Of a stretch of DNA of 54,474 nt, positions 44,768 to 53,797 are shown piece after piece. The stretch covers positions 1 through 54,474 of the forward strand of contig JBDRBF010000060.1 in the NCBI GenBank assembly GCA_043822925.1. Reading direction: 5' to 3'. This DNA is from a bacterium. Its GTDB lineage: Bacteria; Babelota; Babeliae; Babelales; RVW-14. Numbering within the stretch: the stretch's first letter is position 1; each line of letters starts with the position of its first letter. A model generated the notes under the pieces. That model was given only the letters and a program-made list of their open reading frames with translations. It did no database searches and was not told where the DNA came from. The position numbers were made by a program, and so were the translations under genes.

Positions 44768-47134
44768 TTATTTTGGTAGTTTGATATCCAGTGGGAGCAA
44801 CACATGCTTAATAACTTCTGAAACATTTTCAACTAAGAAGATCTTCATGCCTTCAGTTATTTTGCCCATATCTATGAGATCTTTTTTGTTGAGCATCGGC
44901 ACAATAATGTTTTGTAGACCATGTTGTTTTGCTGCAAGTATTTTTTCTTTTAAGCCACCGATGGGTAGTACGTTACCTTGGAGATTAAGTTCTCCAGTCA
45001 TGGCATAGCTTCCGGAAATCTTACGTCCAGTAAAAGCAGAAATAAGGGATGTCAAAAGTGTTATTCCGGCAGAAGGGCCATCTTTTGGAATTGCTCCAGC
45101 TGGCAAGTGTATGTGAATATCGTTAGTAGTAAATGCTTTTTGTTGTAGACCAAGTGATTTTGCGTTTGATCTGATATAGGTTAATGCTGCTTGAGCTGAT
45201 TCTTTCATGACGTCTCCTAGTTGTCCGGTGAGCATAAGTCTGCCTTTGCCTGGCATAAGAGCGGCTTCAACTTGGAGCATTTCTCCGCCGTATGGGGTCC
45301 ATGCAAGACCATTAGTGACGCCTATTTTATCGGTGTTTATGATTTCTTCTTTAAGTATTTTTCGTGGGCCAAGATACTCGGCCATATTTGTTTCTGAGAT
45401 TGCGAGTTTTTTATTTTCTTCGACATATGCACGTGCCTGTTTAGAGCAGAGCCTTTTGATGTTTCTATCTAGTTGTCGTACGCCTGATTCTCTAGTATAC
45501 CCATCGATTATTTCTTCGATTGCTTTTGCTGCGAGCGTGAACCCTTTGGTTTCAAGGCCAGAATCAAGGGCTGCTTTGGTTACTAAGTGTTTTTGAGCTA
45601 TTGCAAGTTTTTCGTCTGTTGTGTAGCCTGCAAGTTGTATGATTTCCATACGGTCTCGCAGCGCTTCTTGTATTTGGCTTATGTCGTTAGCTGTTGTGAT
45701 AAACAAGCATTGAGATAAGTCAAAATTTACGCCCAAATAATTGTCATAAAACGTTTTGTTTTGTTCAGGATCAAGTACTTCAAGTAAAGCTGAAGATGGG
45801 TCGCCACGTTGCGATTGGCCAACTTTATCTATTTCATCGATAATTATTAATGGATTTAAACTTCCTGATTTACGTACTGCTTGAATAAAACGCCCAGGTA
45901 ATGCGCCGACATAAGTTCTGCGGTGTCCACGAATCTCTGATTCGTCGTATACGCCGCCCAGGGATATTCTAAAATATTTTCTGCCTAAGCTTTCAGCAAT
46001 TGATTTACCCAAAGATGTTTTGCCGGTACCAGGAGGTCCAGCAAAGCATAATATTGGTACATGGCAATCGTCTTTAAGTGCTTTGACTGATAAATAATCC
46101 AAAATTCTGTTTTTAATTTCTTCGAGGCCAAAATGATGATCATCCAAAACTTTGCGCGCATGTTTAATATCAAGATTGTCTTTGGTATAAACACCCCATG
46201 GCAGAGCCAGTAGCCATTCTAAATGTGTTCTTATTACAGCTGCTTCCATAGATTCTGGCGATGTCTTTTCTAGGCGTTTAAATTCTTTTTTGCATTCTGT
46301 ACGGACTTCTTCAGGCAATGGAATTTCATGAAATCTTTTTCTGAGTTCAGATATGTCTGATTCGTCTTCTTCTCCCAGTTCTTTTTGAATCGCTTTCATT
46401 TGCTCGCGTAAGTAATATTCACGTTGAGATTTATTAATAGAGTCCCGGGTTTCGTTTCTAATTTTTTCTTGTACACTTGATATTTCAACTTCTTGTTCCA
46501 GGTGCTGATAAATGCTTTCAAGAACATTTATTATGCTTTTCTTTTCAAGCAAGTCTTGAGCTTCTTGGACCGTAAGATTAAGATGGGAAAGAATAAAGTC
46601 GCAGACGCGCTCTGGATCATCTATTTGCGATAAAATTATCTGGAAGTCTGGCCCAAAAGCGCGGCCTTCGGCGACAATTTTTTCAACGAGTGTGAGTGTT
46701 TTTTTGATTAATTTGTCTGCTTGGTCTTTGTCATATTCGCGTTCCTGCGGGTCAAGTGCGACTATTTTGACGCGTAAACTCTCGTTGTCCGAGAGAATCT
46801 CTTCTACCGTAGCTTTTACTATGCCCTGGACGAGTATTTTTATACCCCCCTCAGGTAGTTGCATGACGCGCATAATATTGCTTACAGTTCCTACGTTGTA
46901 TAAATCATTAATGCTTATAGGGCTCTGATAATCTGACGGCTGCTGTTGGGCTGCAAGTAAAAAGATCTTACGAGCGCCTTTAAGAGCTTCTTCGACACCC
47001 TTGATGATTTTTTCATCAAGTATTAAGAGTGGCACAACCATTTGCGGGAAAACAACCACATCTACCGTTGGTACAACCGGTAGTATGAGTGGTATATCTT
47101 CCTCAAGTAAATGATTTCTCTCTTTATCTGCCAT
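44768..47134 (-). CDS. lon: ATP-dependent protease La
   Basis: LON N-domain, GPPGTGKTS Walker A, IRGHRRTYVGA, PKDGPSAG catalytic Ser, GGLKEK. Confidence 0.98.
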   Translation of the reverse strand: MADKERNHLLEEDIPLILPVVPTVDVVVFPQMVVPLLILDEKIIKGVEEALKGARKIFLLAAQQQPSDYQSPISINDLYNVGTVSNIMRVMQLPEGGIKILVQGIVKATVEEILSDNESLRVKIVALDPQEREYDKDQADKLIKKTLTLVEKIVAEGRAFGPDFQIILSQIDDPERVCDFILSHLNLTVQEAQDLLEKKSIINVLESIYQHLEQEVEISSVQEKIRNETRDSINKSQREYYLREQMKAIQKELGEEDESDISELRKRFHEIPLPEEVRTECKKEFKRLEKTSPESMEAAVIRTHLEWLLALPWGVYTKDNLDIKHARKVLDDHHFGLEEIKNRILDYLSVKALKDDCHVPILCFAGPPGTGKTSLGKSIAESLGRKYFRISLGGVYDESEIRGHRRTYVGALPGRFIQAVRKSGSLNPLIIIDEIDKVGQSQRGDPSSALLEVLDPEQNKTFYDNYLGVNFDLSQCLFITTANDISQIQEALRDRMEIIQLAGYTTDEKLAIAQKHLVTKAALDSGLETKGFTLAAKAIEEIIDGYTRESGVRQLDRNIKRLCSKQARAYVEENKKLAISETNMAEYLGPRKILKEEIINTDKIGVTNGLAWTPYGGEMLQVEAALMPGKGRLMLTGQLGDVMKESAQAALTYIRSNAKSLGLQQKAFTTNDIHIHLPAGAIPKDGPSAGITLLTSLISAFTGRKISGSYAMTGELNLQGNVLPIGGLKEKILAAKQHGLQNIIVPMLNKKDLIDMGKITEGMKIFLVENVSEVIKHVLLPLDIKLPK

Positions 47135-47294
47135 TGTTTCCCCCTCCCCAATAGAGTTGAATGTTAAGATGGCTGTTTTTTGAGAATTCTTCTTTAATCA
47201 AATCATAAAGAAATTTCTTTGGGTAACACAAGAGTCTTGCTAATATGTGAAATAATACTTGGAAAATAGCGTATTTTTGTGTTTTGAGGGTGAT

Positions 47295-47987
47295 ATGAGC
47301 AAAGAACAATCCGTGCTGACCGCTGTTAGCGTTAAAAAAGATTTTTGGCAGGGCAATAAGCTTGTTTCGGTTCTCAAGGGGATAAGTATCGAATTTACGC
47401 AGGGTTTGACCTATGCAATTACGGGAGTTTCTGGTAGCGGTAAGTCGACTCTTATGCACATTTTGGGTGGGCTAGACTCGTCGACTTCTGGCACAGTTCT
47501 TTTTAATGGGCATGATATTTTTTATTTGTTTAACAAAGAAGAATTTAGAAATAAAAATATCGGCTTTGTTTTCCAGTTTCATTATTTAATCAAAGAACTT
47601 ACGGTTCGTGAAAATATTATGTTATTAGGTCTTATTCGTGGTGAAACTAAAAAAAATTGCATAATTCGGGCTGACATGCTGATTGAAAAAATTGGTTTGC
47701 AGCACCGAGCTGACTTTTATCCTGGACAACTTTCTGGTGGGGAGCAACAGCGGGTCTCTATTGCGCGGGCTATTTTTAATAAGCCTGCTTTTTTACTCGC
47801 TGACGAACCGACCGGTAACTTGGATGCTCAAAATGTTCAACAGGTAGTTGAGCTTTTGCTTGAAGCGCGTCGGGACTGGGGCATGGGTATTATCGTGTGT
47901 ACTCATGACGAGCAGGTATATAAACGTATGGACATTGTTCACACGATTCACGACGGTTTGTTTACGTCTTTGTCATCCCAGACTTGA
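47295..47987 (+). CDS. ABC transporter ATP-binding protein, LolD-like
   Basis: [37 protein letters not shown]; start at ATG 47295 after GAGGG; stop lies inside a repeat. Confidence 0.9.
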   Translation: MSKEQSVLTAVSVKKDFWQGNKLVSVLKGISIEFTQGLTYAITGVSGSGKSTLMHILGGLDSSTSGTVLFNGHDIFYLFNKEEFRNKNIGFVFQFHYLIKELTVRENIMLLGLIRGETKKNCIIRADMLIEKIGLQHRADFYPGQLSGGEQQRVSIARAIFNKPAFLLADEPTGNLDAQNVQQVVELLLEARRDWGMGIIVCTHDEQVYKRMDIVHTIHDGLFTSLSSQT

Positions 47988-48002
47988 TCTGGGATCCAAG
48001 TC
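47971..48002 (+). repeat. GTCATCCCAGACTTGATCTGGGATCCAAG repeat, copy 2 (supplies the lolD-like stop codon)
   Basis: Identical over 30 bp to 53760-53789; TGA at 47985-47987 lies within it. Confidence 0.9.
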
Positions 48003-48119
48003 AACTTTCCCCTTTTAGATAGCTTTTTCTTAGATGTGTTGCATTTAAGTAACAGATTGGATAAAATGTTAATAAATTTTGAATTCCATTAAAAAAGATC
48101 TTTGTTCGTAAGGGAATCG

Positions 48120-48452
48120 ATGGGCTACAAAATAAAGACTTATGAAACATCAACAGGAAAGCGTCCATTTGATAAGTGGTTCAATGATCTTGATGATAAA
48201 AAAGCTCAGGCGGTTATCGATTTGAGGCTTGAGCGAGTTAAGATGGGTAATTTGGGCCACTGTGATCCAGTTGGCAATATGGTTTTCGAACTTAAATTTG
48301 ATATTGGTCCCGGATATCGAGTATATTTTGGCAAGATAGGAACAAATATCATTTTGCTTTTGTGTGCGGGGAGTAAAAAGGCTCAACAACGAGATATTGA
48401 AAAAGCAAAAAAATATTTTCAAGAATTTAAAAATTCAGGGGCACGTTTATGA
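48120..48452 (+). CDS. RelE/HigB-like addiction-module killer toxin
   Basis: F..W...L.D..A...I..RL.R...GN.G, EL..D.GPGYRVYF, LLL..G.K..Q..DI.KA pattern; start at ATG 48120. Confidence 0.9.
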   Translation: MGYKIKTYETSTGKRPFDKWFNDLDDKKAQAVIDLRLERVKMGNLGHCDPVGNMVFELKFDIGPGYRVYFGKIGTNIILLLCAGSKKAQQRDIEKAKKYFQEFKNSGARL

Positions 48453-48799
48453 CAAAAAAAATAATAAAAAAAATACCTAAAAAAGTAACAAAAAAAATAT
48501 CACGATGTGTCGACTATCATGATACTTTAATCGAGCGACTCAAAGATCATGATTATGCTGTTGCATACTTAAATGCGGCAATTGAAGAAAGTTTAAAAGG
48601 CGACGAAGAATCGCAGCAACTTTTTCTCAATGCATTGAGAAATGTAGCTGAAGCGCAAGGTTCTATGAGTAATCTTGCCAAGCGAGCACAAGTCAGAAGA
48701 GAGAGCCTATATCGTATGTTATCTAAAGATGGGAACCCTCAGTTGAGTTCTCTGGCGTCGCTTCTTAATGCGATGGGTTTTTCCCTTAACGTGCGTTAA
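48449..48799 (+). CDS. addiction-module antidote (HTH antitoxin)
   Basis: AYL..A.E, AL..VA.A.G, LA......RESLYR.LS..GNP pattern; ATGA overlap with the toxin. Confidence 0.9.
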   Translation: MTKKIIKKIPKKVTKKISRCVDYHDTLIERLKDHDYAVAYLNAAIEESLKGDEESQQLFLNALRNVAEAQGSMSNLAKRAQVRRESLYRMLSKDGNPQLSSLASLLNAMGFSLNVR

Positions 48800-48814
48800 T
48801 TTAGGCAAAAAAAC

Positions 48815-50389
48815 ATGCAACATAATCCAGCAAGCTTACATCTTTCAAAAAAATCGATTGTCAAAAAAACGTTTCAAGTAGGGGCGCTTACGTTCCTGAG
48901 CCGAATGCTTGGCATTTTACGCGAAGCACTCCAAATACAATTTTTTGGCATCGGGATACTTTCAGATGCCTTTATTGTTGCTTTTAGAATTCCCAACTTA
49001 TTTCGGCAAGTATTTGCCGAAGGGGCCATGAATGGTTCTTTTGTTCCAGTTATGGTCCAATTGGTTAAAAAAGGTAAAAAAGAGGTCGCCAGTGGCCTGG
49101 TTTCGTTAGGCTTTATTTTTTTTCAGAGCATAATTTTGCTCTTATATTTGTTTGTATATTTTAAGACAGAATGGGTCGTTATGCTCTTGGCTGCCGGCTT
49201 TTCGGCTGATCGGGCAGCTCATACTGTAGAGTTTTTGCGTATTTTGTTTCCGTTTTTGTTTCTGGTTTCAGCGAGTGCACTTTTTGCTGGGGCGCTTACG
49301 TCTGTGAATCACTTTTTTATACCTGCTCTTGGGCCAGCAATCTGGAATTTTGTGTATGTTCTTATTATCACTCTTGGTATTTGGTTTAAATTAACGCCTG
49401 TGTTTATTTGTTGGGGCGTGCTGGTTGCAGGAGCCGTCCAACTAATATTACATGTTATTACATACTTTATGTGTCACTTTACGTTTGGGCGCATAACAGA
49501 AGAAGTTATCGAGTCTTTTAAGCTTGTGCTTCGCAAGTTTATTCCGTGCTTTTTGGGCGTGAGTATTATTGAAATTAATCTGCTTGTCAGTGGCATAGTT
49601 GCTTCGTTTTTGCCTGAGGGCTCAGTTTCGTTACTTTTTTATGGTGCTCGTTTTTTACAGTTACCCATTGGTATTTTTGCCGTAGCTTTTTCGAGCATTT
49701 TGCTTCCCCATTTTTCACGTCTTGTGTTATACGCGCCACGGCGTATGAGTTTTTACTTGCTTGAAGTTACCAAGTTTGTTTGTTGGGTTATTATTCCGAT
49801 TACGTTATTTTTTGCATTAGTATCAAAAAATTTGTTTGTGACGCTCTTTTCTTTTAAGTCTGGCGCACTTGCCCATGCTGATCAAGCTGCCTGGATCTTA
49901 ATTGTGTATATTACGGGGCTTTTATTTATATGCCTGAGCAGGGTGCTCATGAACATCTTTTATTCATTTAAAGATACTGTCTCTGCCACAATAATTTCTG
50001 TCGTAGGTGCTTTAGTTAATCTTGTCGGTGATATTATTGGTATGCAAATCTGGGGTGCTTATGGTATTGCTGGTGCTGCTTCTCTGGCTAGTTTAGTCAT
50101 GGTAATTTTGAGCTATGTGTTTTTGCGCAAAAAACATAATTTGCGTTTTTATCCCGGTAATTTTATAAAATTCTTGGCGCGCTATCTGGCCCAAATTAGT
50201 GTTTTTATTTTTATTGGTTTTGTTTTATATAGCATGCTTAACTTTTTGTTTGCTGGGCTTATGCGTGCAGCACTTGCTAACCTGCTTGGCTTTTGGTTTA
50301 TTACCTGTTTAGCTTTTGGTCTTTTGTTTCTTGCGCTTCTTATTACCAAAAAAAGATTTGGGATTCGCGTTTACTTTATTAAACGATAA
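48815..50389 (+). CDS. murJ: lipid II flippase MurJ (MviN)
   Basis: SR.LG..RE, DAF..AFRIPNLFR..FAEGA, R..QLP.G.F motifs. Confidence 0.95.
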   Translation: MQHNPASLHLSKKSIVKKTFQVGALTFLSRMLGILREALQIQFFGIGILSDAFIVAFRIPNLFRQVFAEGAMNGSFVPVMVQLVKKGKKEVASGLVSLGFIFFQSIILLLYLFVYFKTEWVVMLLAAGFSADRAAHTVEFLRILFPFLFLVSASALFAGALTSVNHFFIPALGPAIWNFVYVLIITLGIWFKLTPVFICWGVLVAGAVQLILHVITYFMCHFTFGRITEEVIESFKLVLRKFIPCFLGVSIIEINLLVSGIVASFLPEGSVSLLFYGARFLQLPIGIFAVAFSSILLPHFSRLVLYAPRRMSFYLLEVTKFVCWVIIPITLFFALVSKNLFVTLFSFKSGALAHADQAAWILIVYITGLLFICLSRVLMNIFYSFKDTVSATIISVVGALVNLVGDIIGMQIWGAYGIAGAASLASLVMVILSYVFLRKKHNLRFYPGNFIKFLARYLAQISVFIFIGFVLYSMLNFLFAGLMRAALANLLGFWFITCLAFGLLFLALLITKKRFGIRVYFIKR

Positions 50390-50410
50390 AACTTGGATTC
50401 TAACTGTCGC

Positions 50411-50494
50411 CTATGATGTGGCTCTTGTAGAAAGTGCGCCATGACGTGGTTGAAATTATGCCACGTCATGGTATAATTTATATCATGGCGTGGC
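50411..50494 (+). promoter_or_regulatory. promoter (TTGAAA-N16-TATAAT) overlapped by four CATGACGTGG-like boxes
   Basis: Boxes at 50411, 50439, 50460 (inverted) and 50483; perfect inverted repeat CCATGACGTGG-N11-CCACGTCATGG. Confidence 0.65.
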
Positions 50495-50543
50495 GCAATT
50501 CATATCTTTAGGCGTTAAATTTCTTAAAAAAGAGGGGTTTTTG

Positions 50544-51773
50544 ATGTTTTTTAATAGAAATATTACTCAAAAGTTGCAGGCTGCATTGAGCCGATCTCCG
50601 GTTGTTTTATTAACGGGAGCTCGCCAAACGGGAAAAACAACGTTAATAAAGCATTTATTCGTGCAAAAAGGGTACACATATGTCACCTTTGACGACGTGC
50701 GTTATTTATCAGCAGCAAAAAATGACCCAATTGGGTTTTTGAAAGATTTACCAAAGCCGACCGTATTGGATGAGGTGCAAAGAGTTCCTGAGCTTTTTTT
50801 ATCGATAAAGCATTATGTTGATGAAAATCGTGTGCCTGGCTTATTTATTTTGACAGGGTCGGCCAACCCGTTACTTATTCCTAATTTGGGAGATTCGCTG
50901 GCCGGTCGAATGGAGATTGTTGAACTATTTCCGTTATCTCAGGGGGAGATTGCGCACAAGAAAGAGAATTTTATACAAAATATTTTTGCAGCCAACATTC
51001 AGGGTTTAAGTGTAGGTGATGGTTCACGGGAAGAGCTTGCCAAGAAGTTGGTAACCGGCGGGTTCCCACAGGTACAGACGTATGACAGTGATGGGCGGGA
51101 GGCCTGGTTTAATGCGTATCTTACGACAATATTGCAACGTGATGTGAAAGATTTGGCTCGCATAGAGGGTTTAACACTACTTCCAAATCTTTTAGAGTTG
51201 ATTGCAACACGCGTTGGAAGTTTGCTTAATGTTGCTGAACTTGCGCGAACGAGTGGGATATCAACGTCAACGCTGCATCGGTATTTGACGCTGTTGGAAA
51301 CGCTTTATTTAATTACGTTGCAGGCGCCCTGGAGTACGCATTTAGGTAAGCGCCTGGTTAAGGCACCAAAAATTTATTTGGTTGATGCGGGGATACAATT
51401 ACACTTACTGTCTGCTGATAAACAGCGTATTTTGACTGATACAAATATGCTTGGAAAAGTTGTAGAAAATTTTATAATAACTGAGATTTTAAAACAGATA
51501 TCTTGGGCTGATGTGCGTGTGAGATTATATCATTACCGGACAGATTCTGGGGTAGAAGTTGATATTATTTTGGAGAATGCTTCAGGTAACGTTGTTGGTA
51601 TTGAAATTAAATCTGGTGGGACGATAATTAGTGACGATTTTAAGGGCTTGCGAAGTGTACAGCAGGATTGTGGCGACAAGTTTGTTGCCGGCATTGTTTT
51701 GTATTCCGGAGTAGACAAAATTCCGTTTGGTAACAATTTGTGGGCAGTGCCTATCAGTACTCTTTGGAGTTAG
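50544..51773 (+). CDS. AAA_14 ATPase with DUF4143/PD-(D/E)XK-like C-terminus
   Basis: GARQTGKTT, LDEVQR.P, LTGS, SLAGR, K.PK.Y..D.G, EVD....IEIK motifs; GAGGGG RBS before ATG 50544. Confidence 0.9.
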   Translation: MFFNRNITQKLQAALSRSPVVLLTGARQTGKTTLIKHLFVQKGYTYVTFDDVRYLSAAKNDPIGFLKDLPKPTVLDEVQRVPELFLSIKHYVDENRVPGLFILTGSANPLLIPNLGDSLAGRMEIVELFPLSQGEIAHKKENFIQNIFAANIQGLSVGDGSREELAKKLVTGGFPQVQTYDSDGREAWFNAYLTTILQRDVKDLARIEGLTLLPNLLELIATRVGSLLNVAELARTSGISTSTLHRYLTLLETLYLITLQAPWSTHLGKRLVKAPKIYLVDAGIQLHLLSADKQRILTDTNMLGKVVENFIITEILKQISWADVRVRLYHYRTDSGVEVDIILENASGNVVGIEIKSGGTIISDDFKGLRSVQQDCGDKFVAGIVLYSGVDKIPFGNNLWAVPISTLWS

Positions 51774-51789
51774 AAAAAAGGAGAAGAAG

Positions 51790-52178
51790 ATGGTAAACGA
51801 TCTGTTAAAAAGAATCGACAAAACGTACCGATCTTGTTCTTGAAGATATTTTCGCAATACATAAACTTATTTTGCAAAAAATTGATGATACTCATGCAGG
51901 TTTTTTACGTACAGTCGCCGTTCGCATCACCGGGTCTCAGGTTCCACGGCCTAATTATCTTAAAGTTCCACACTGCTCGTCTTTTGCTTAATCTTGTATT
52001 ACTGCAAAGCGGCTACCCACTTGCGATAATCGAAAAAGAAAAGCGCTTGGCGTATATTAATGCAATCGAAAAAGCTTTATTGCATAACGACGAGCAAGAT
52101 TATTATATGGTCATACTTGAAGCAATCGAGCACAGCTTGGATAGTTATCTTGAAGCTATGGCTGAATCTAAAATATAA
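51790..52178 (+). pseudogene. Fic-domain protein remnant with two internal deletions
   Basis: Three frames: MVNDLLKRIDK / EDIFAIHKLILQKIDDTHAGFLRTVAVRITGSQVPRPNYLKVP / TARLLLNLVLLQSGYP; the HPFxDGNGR motif is missing. Confidence 0.8.
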
Positions 52179-52186
52179 GACCTAAT

Positions 52187-52371
52187 AACCGGGGTTAAAA
52201 CCCCGGTCTAGTAAAAGTTTCGTGCTATTCAGCACGAGGAAATCGAATAATAAATTGGTTTATAATTTGTTTTATCATGCGGCGCCCATCGGGCAGAGCA
52301 TGAAGTTTGTTTTAGACCGGGGTTCTTGTCCGTCATAGCCACGTAGGGCGACGGCTGGATTAACCCCGGTC
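52187..52371. repeat. inverted doublet of the bipartite GGTTTTAACC-loop element, right copy interrupted
   Basis: ACCGGGGTTAAAACCCCGGT plus TCGTGCT-ATTC-AGCACGA; then TCATGC..GCCCATCGGGC..GCATGA plus GACCGGGGTT[insert]TTAACCCCGGTC. Confidence 0.85.
52325..52359 (+). mobile_element. 35-bp palindromic mini-insertion (copy 2)
   Basis: CTTGTCCGTCATAGCCACGTAGGGCGACGGCTGGA; removing it restores exactly the 22-mer seen at 35775-35796. Confidence 0.7.
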
Positions 52372-52410
52372 ATGATCGTGTAATGAGAATGGGTTTCAAA
52401 TTATAGATTT

Positions 52411-53736
52411 TTAGAAGTTTACAACGAGCTGTCCGCCAAAAGTATGCATATCAATAACATTTTTGCCGTCGACAGGGAGTTTATAGAAGAGCTGTACCTG
52501 TGGTGTAATACTCTTAAACTCTGTCAAGAAGTCGTAACTTGCTGAAAAAATCATGTTGTGACTGCTCCATTCTTTTAAGTTATTTGCATAATTGACGGTA
52601 ACATAATTAAAATTTGAATCTTTTGGTGAAAGTTCGTCATCGTCATGGCCAACGTATTGATACGCTACTTTTGCGCTCAAGCCTTTCCAGAAATGGTGCA
52701 GCCCAATAAATGGGTTAAACTGCCAGGTGAATCCGTAGCTTTTTGTTGCGTTGCCTTTATTGAGCAATAAAAATTCTGTTTGTTCTGAGTATGAAAGTAA
52801 GCGGCGTATGCGTGTTTTATCAAAGAGATACATAAAATCGCCATTTACCCCAACTTGTATATGGTGTGGGAATTTTGCCCACAGGCCAAGTCCAAATGGG
52901 ATTCCCCATGCACCGTCGCCATAACCAAGTGGCATGCTGAGTGCTTTATCTTCATCTTTTTCTTTGCCAGTAGGGCATGAGACGCCAGCGTAAACATTAA
53001 ATATAAGTTTATACTTAAAAGCGTCATTTTTTTCTGGCTTATAAACATCGCTCCAATTTAACGTGACAACTAGATCGCCGACTCCCGTCTGGTCCCAGTT
53101 ACTCAGGTCCAAGTTGCCCCATTCTTTGACGAGTGTTTTTAAGTTTTTCGTCAGAAGTTCTTTGGTGAGATTATCTTTGCCTATACCGGTATCTTTTGAA
53201 TTGAGTGTTAAGTCGGTCATCTTAAAGCCGTCTACTTTTTTGTATACGATGGGCAAGTAAGCGTTAATTGCAAGCTTGCCTGGGATATCAAAGGGGAATT
53301 TGTAGCTTCCAAATAATGTGACATCAAGTTCTGTAAAGTCTCCGGTAAATAATTGTTGTCCGCGTGTTTCTGTTGGTTCGCCACGTTCATGTACTAATAA
53401 TTGTGCGCGAACGAGTTTTAAGCTATCTGGAATATCGCCAACGGGTTTGATGATCATATCTATTGCTGATTGCTTTGGATCTTGTAACGCCAAAACGTTA
53501 GCGCGTTTATCGTCCCAGCTTTTGCCGCTTGACCGGCTACCGTACTCAGCGCGTGCGCCGAGTGTGTAGTTGATACTCTTTATATAATTTAAGCGCAGTT
53601 CTTGATCTGTTGGTCGAAAAAAGTTTGTTTGTGCAAAACCACTGAGCGTGCTTGTTACCAGTACGCTACTGACTAGTACGCTACTGACCAGCATTCTGCT
53701 AATCGGTATCACGTTTAATAATATTTTTTTCTTCAC
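52411..53736 (-). CDS. exported protein, probable outer-membrane beta-barrel
   Basis: Signal peptide containing a 15-bp tandem repeat (SSVLV), alternating beta-strand pattern, terminal Phe (GGQLVVNF); GTG start after AAGGGA. Confidence 0.7.
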   Translation of the reverse strand: MKKKILLNVIPISRMLVSSVLVSSVLVTSTLSGFAQTNFFRPTDQELRLNYIKSINYTLGARAEYGSRSSGKSWDDKRANVLALQDPKQSAIDMIIKPVGDIPDSLKLVRAQLLVHERGEPTETRGQQLFTGDFTELDVTLFGSYKFPFDIPGKLAINAYLPIVYKKVDGFKMTDLTLNSKDTGIGKDNLTKELLTKNLKTLVKEWGNLDLSNWDQTGVGDLVVTLNWSDVYKPEKNDAFKYKLIFNVYAGVSCPTGKEKDEDKALSMPLGYGDGAWGIPFGLGLWAKFPHHIQVGVNGDFMYLFDKTRIRRLLSYSEQTEFLLLNKGNATKSYGFTWQFNPFIGLHHFWKGLSAKVAYQYVGHDDDELSPKDSNFNYVTVNYANNLKEWSSHNMIFSASYDFLTEFKSITPQVQLFYKLPVDGKNVIDMHTFGGQLVVNF

Positions 53737-53759
53737 GTTTCTGTCCCTTCTATATTTTT

Positions 53760-53789
53760 TGTCATCCCAGACTTGATCTGGGATCCAAG
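53760..53789 (+). repeat. GTCATCCCAGACTTGATCTGGGATCCAAG repeat, copy 3
   Basis: Identical to 47971-48000; intergenic. Confidence 0.9.
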
Positions 53790-53797
53790 CCTTATTC

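Noticed and set aside
47124-47459. 111-aa minus-strand ORF upstream of lon
   Set aside because: Overlaps the LolD-like gene antisense and the divergent promoter region; no motifs.
51834-52178. 114-aa ORF as an intact gene
   Set aside because: Its N-terminal half is out-of-frame pseudogene sequence; only the C-terminal half is Fic-like.
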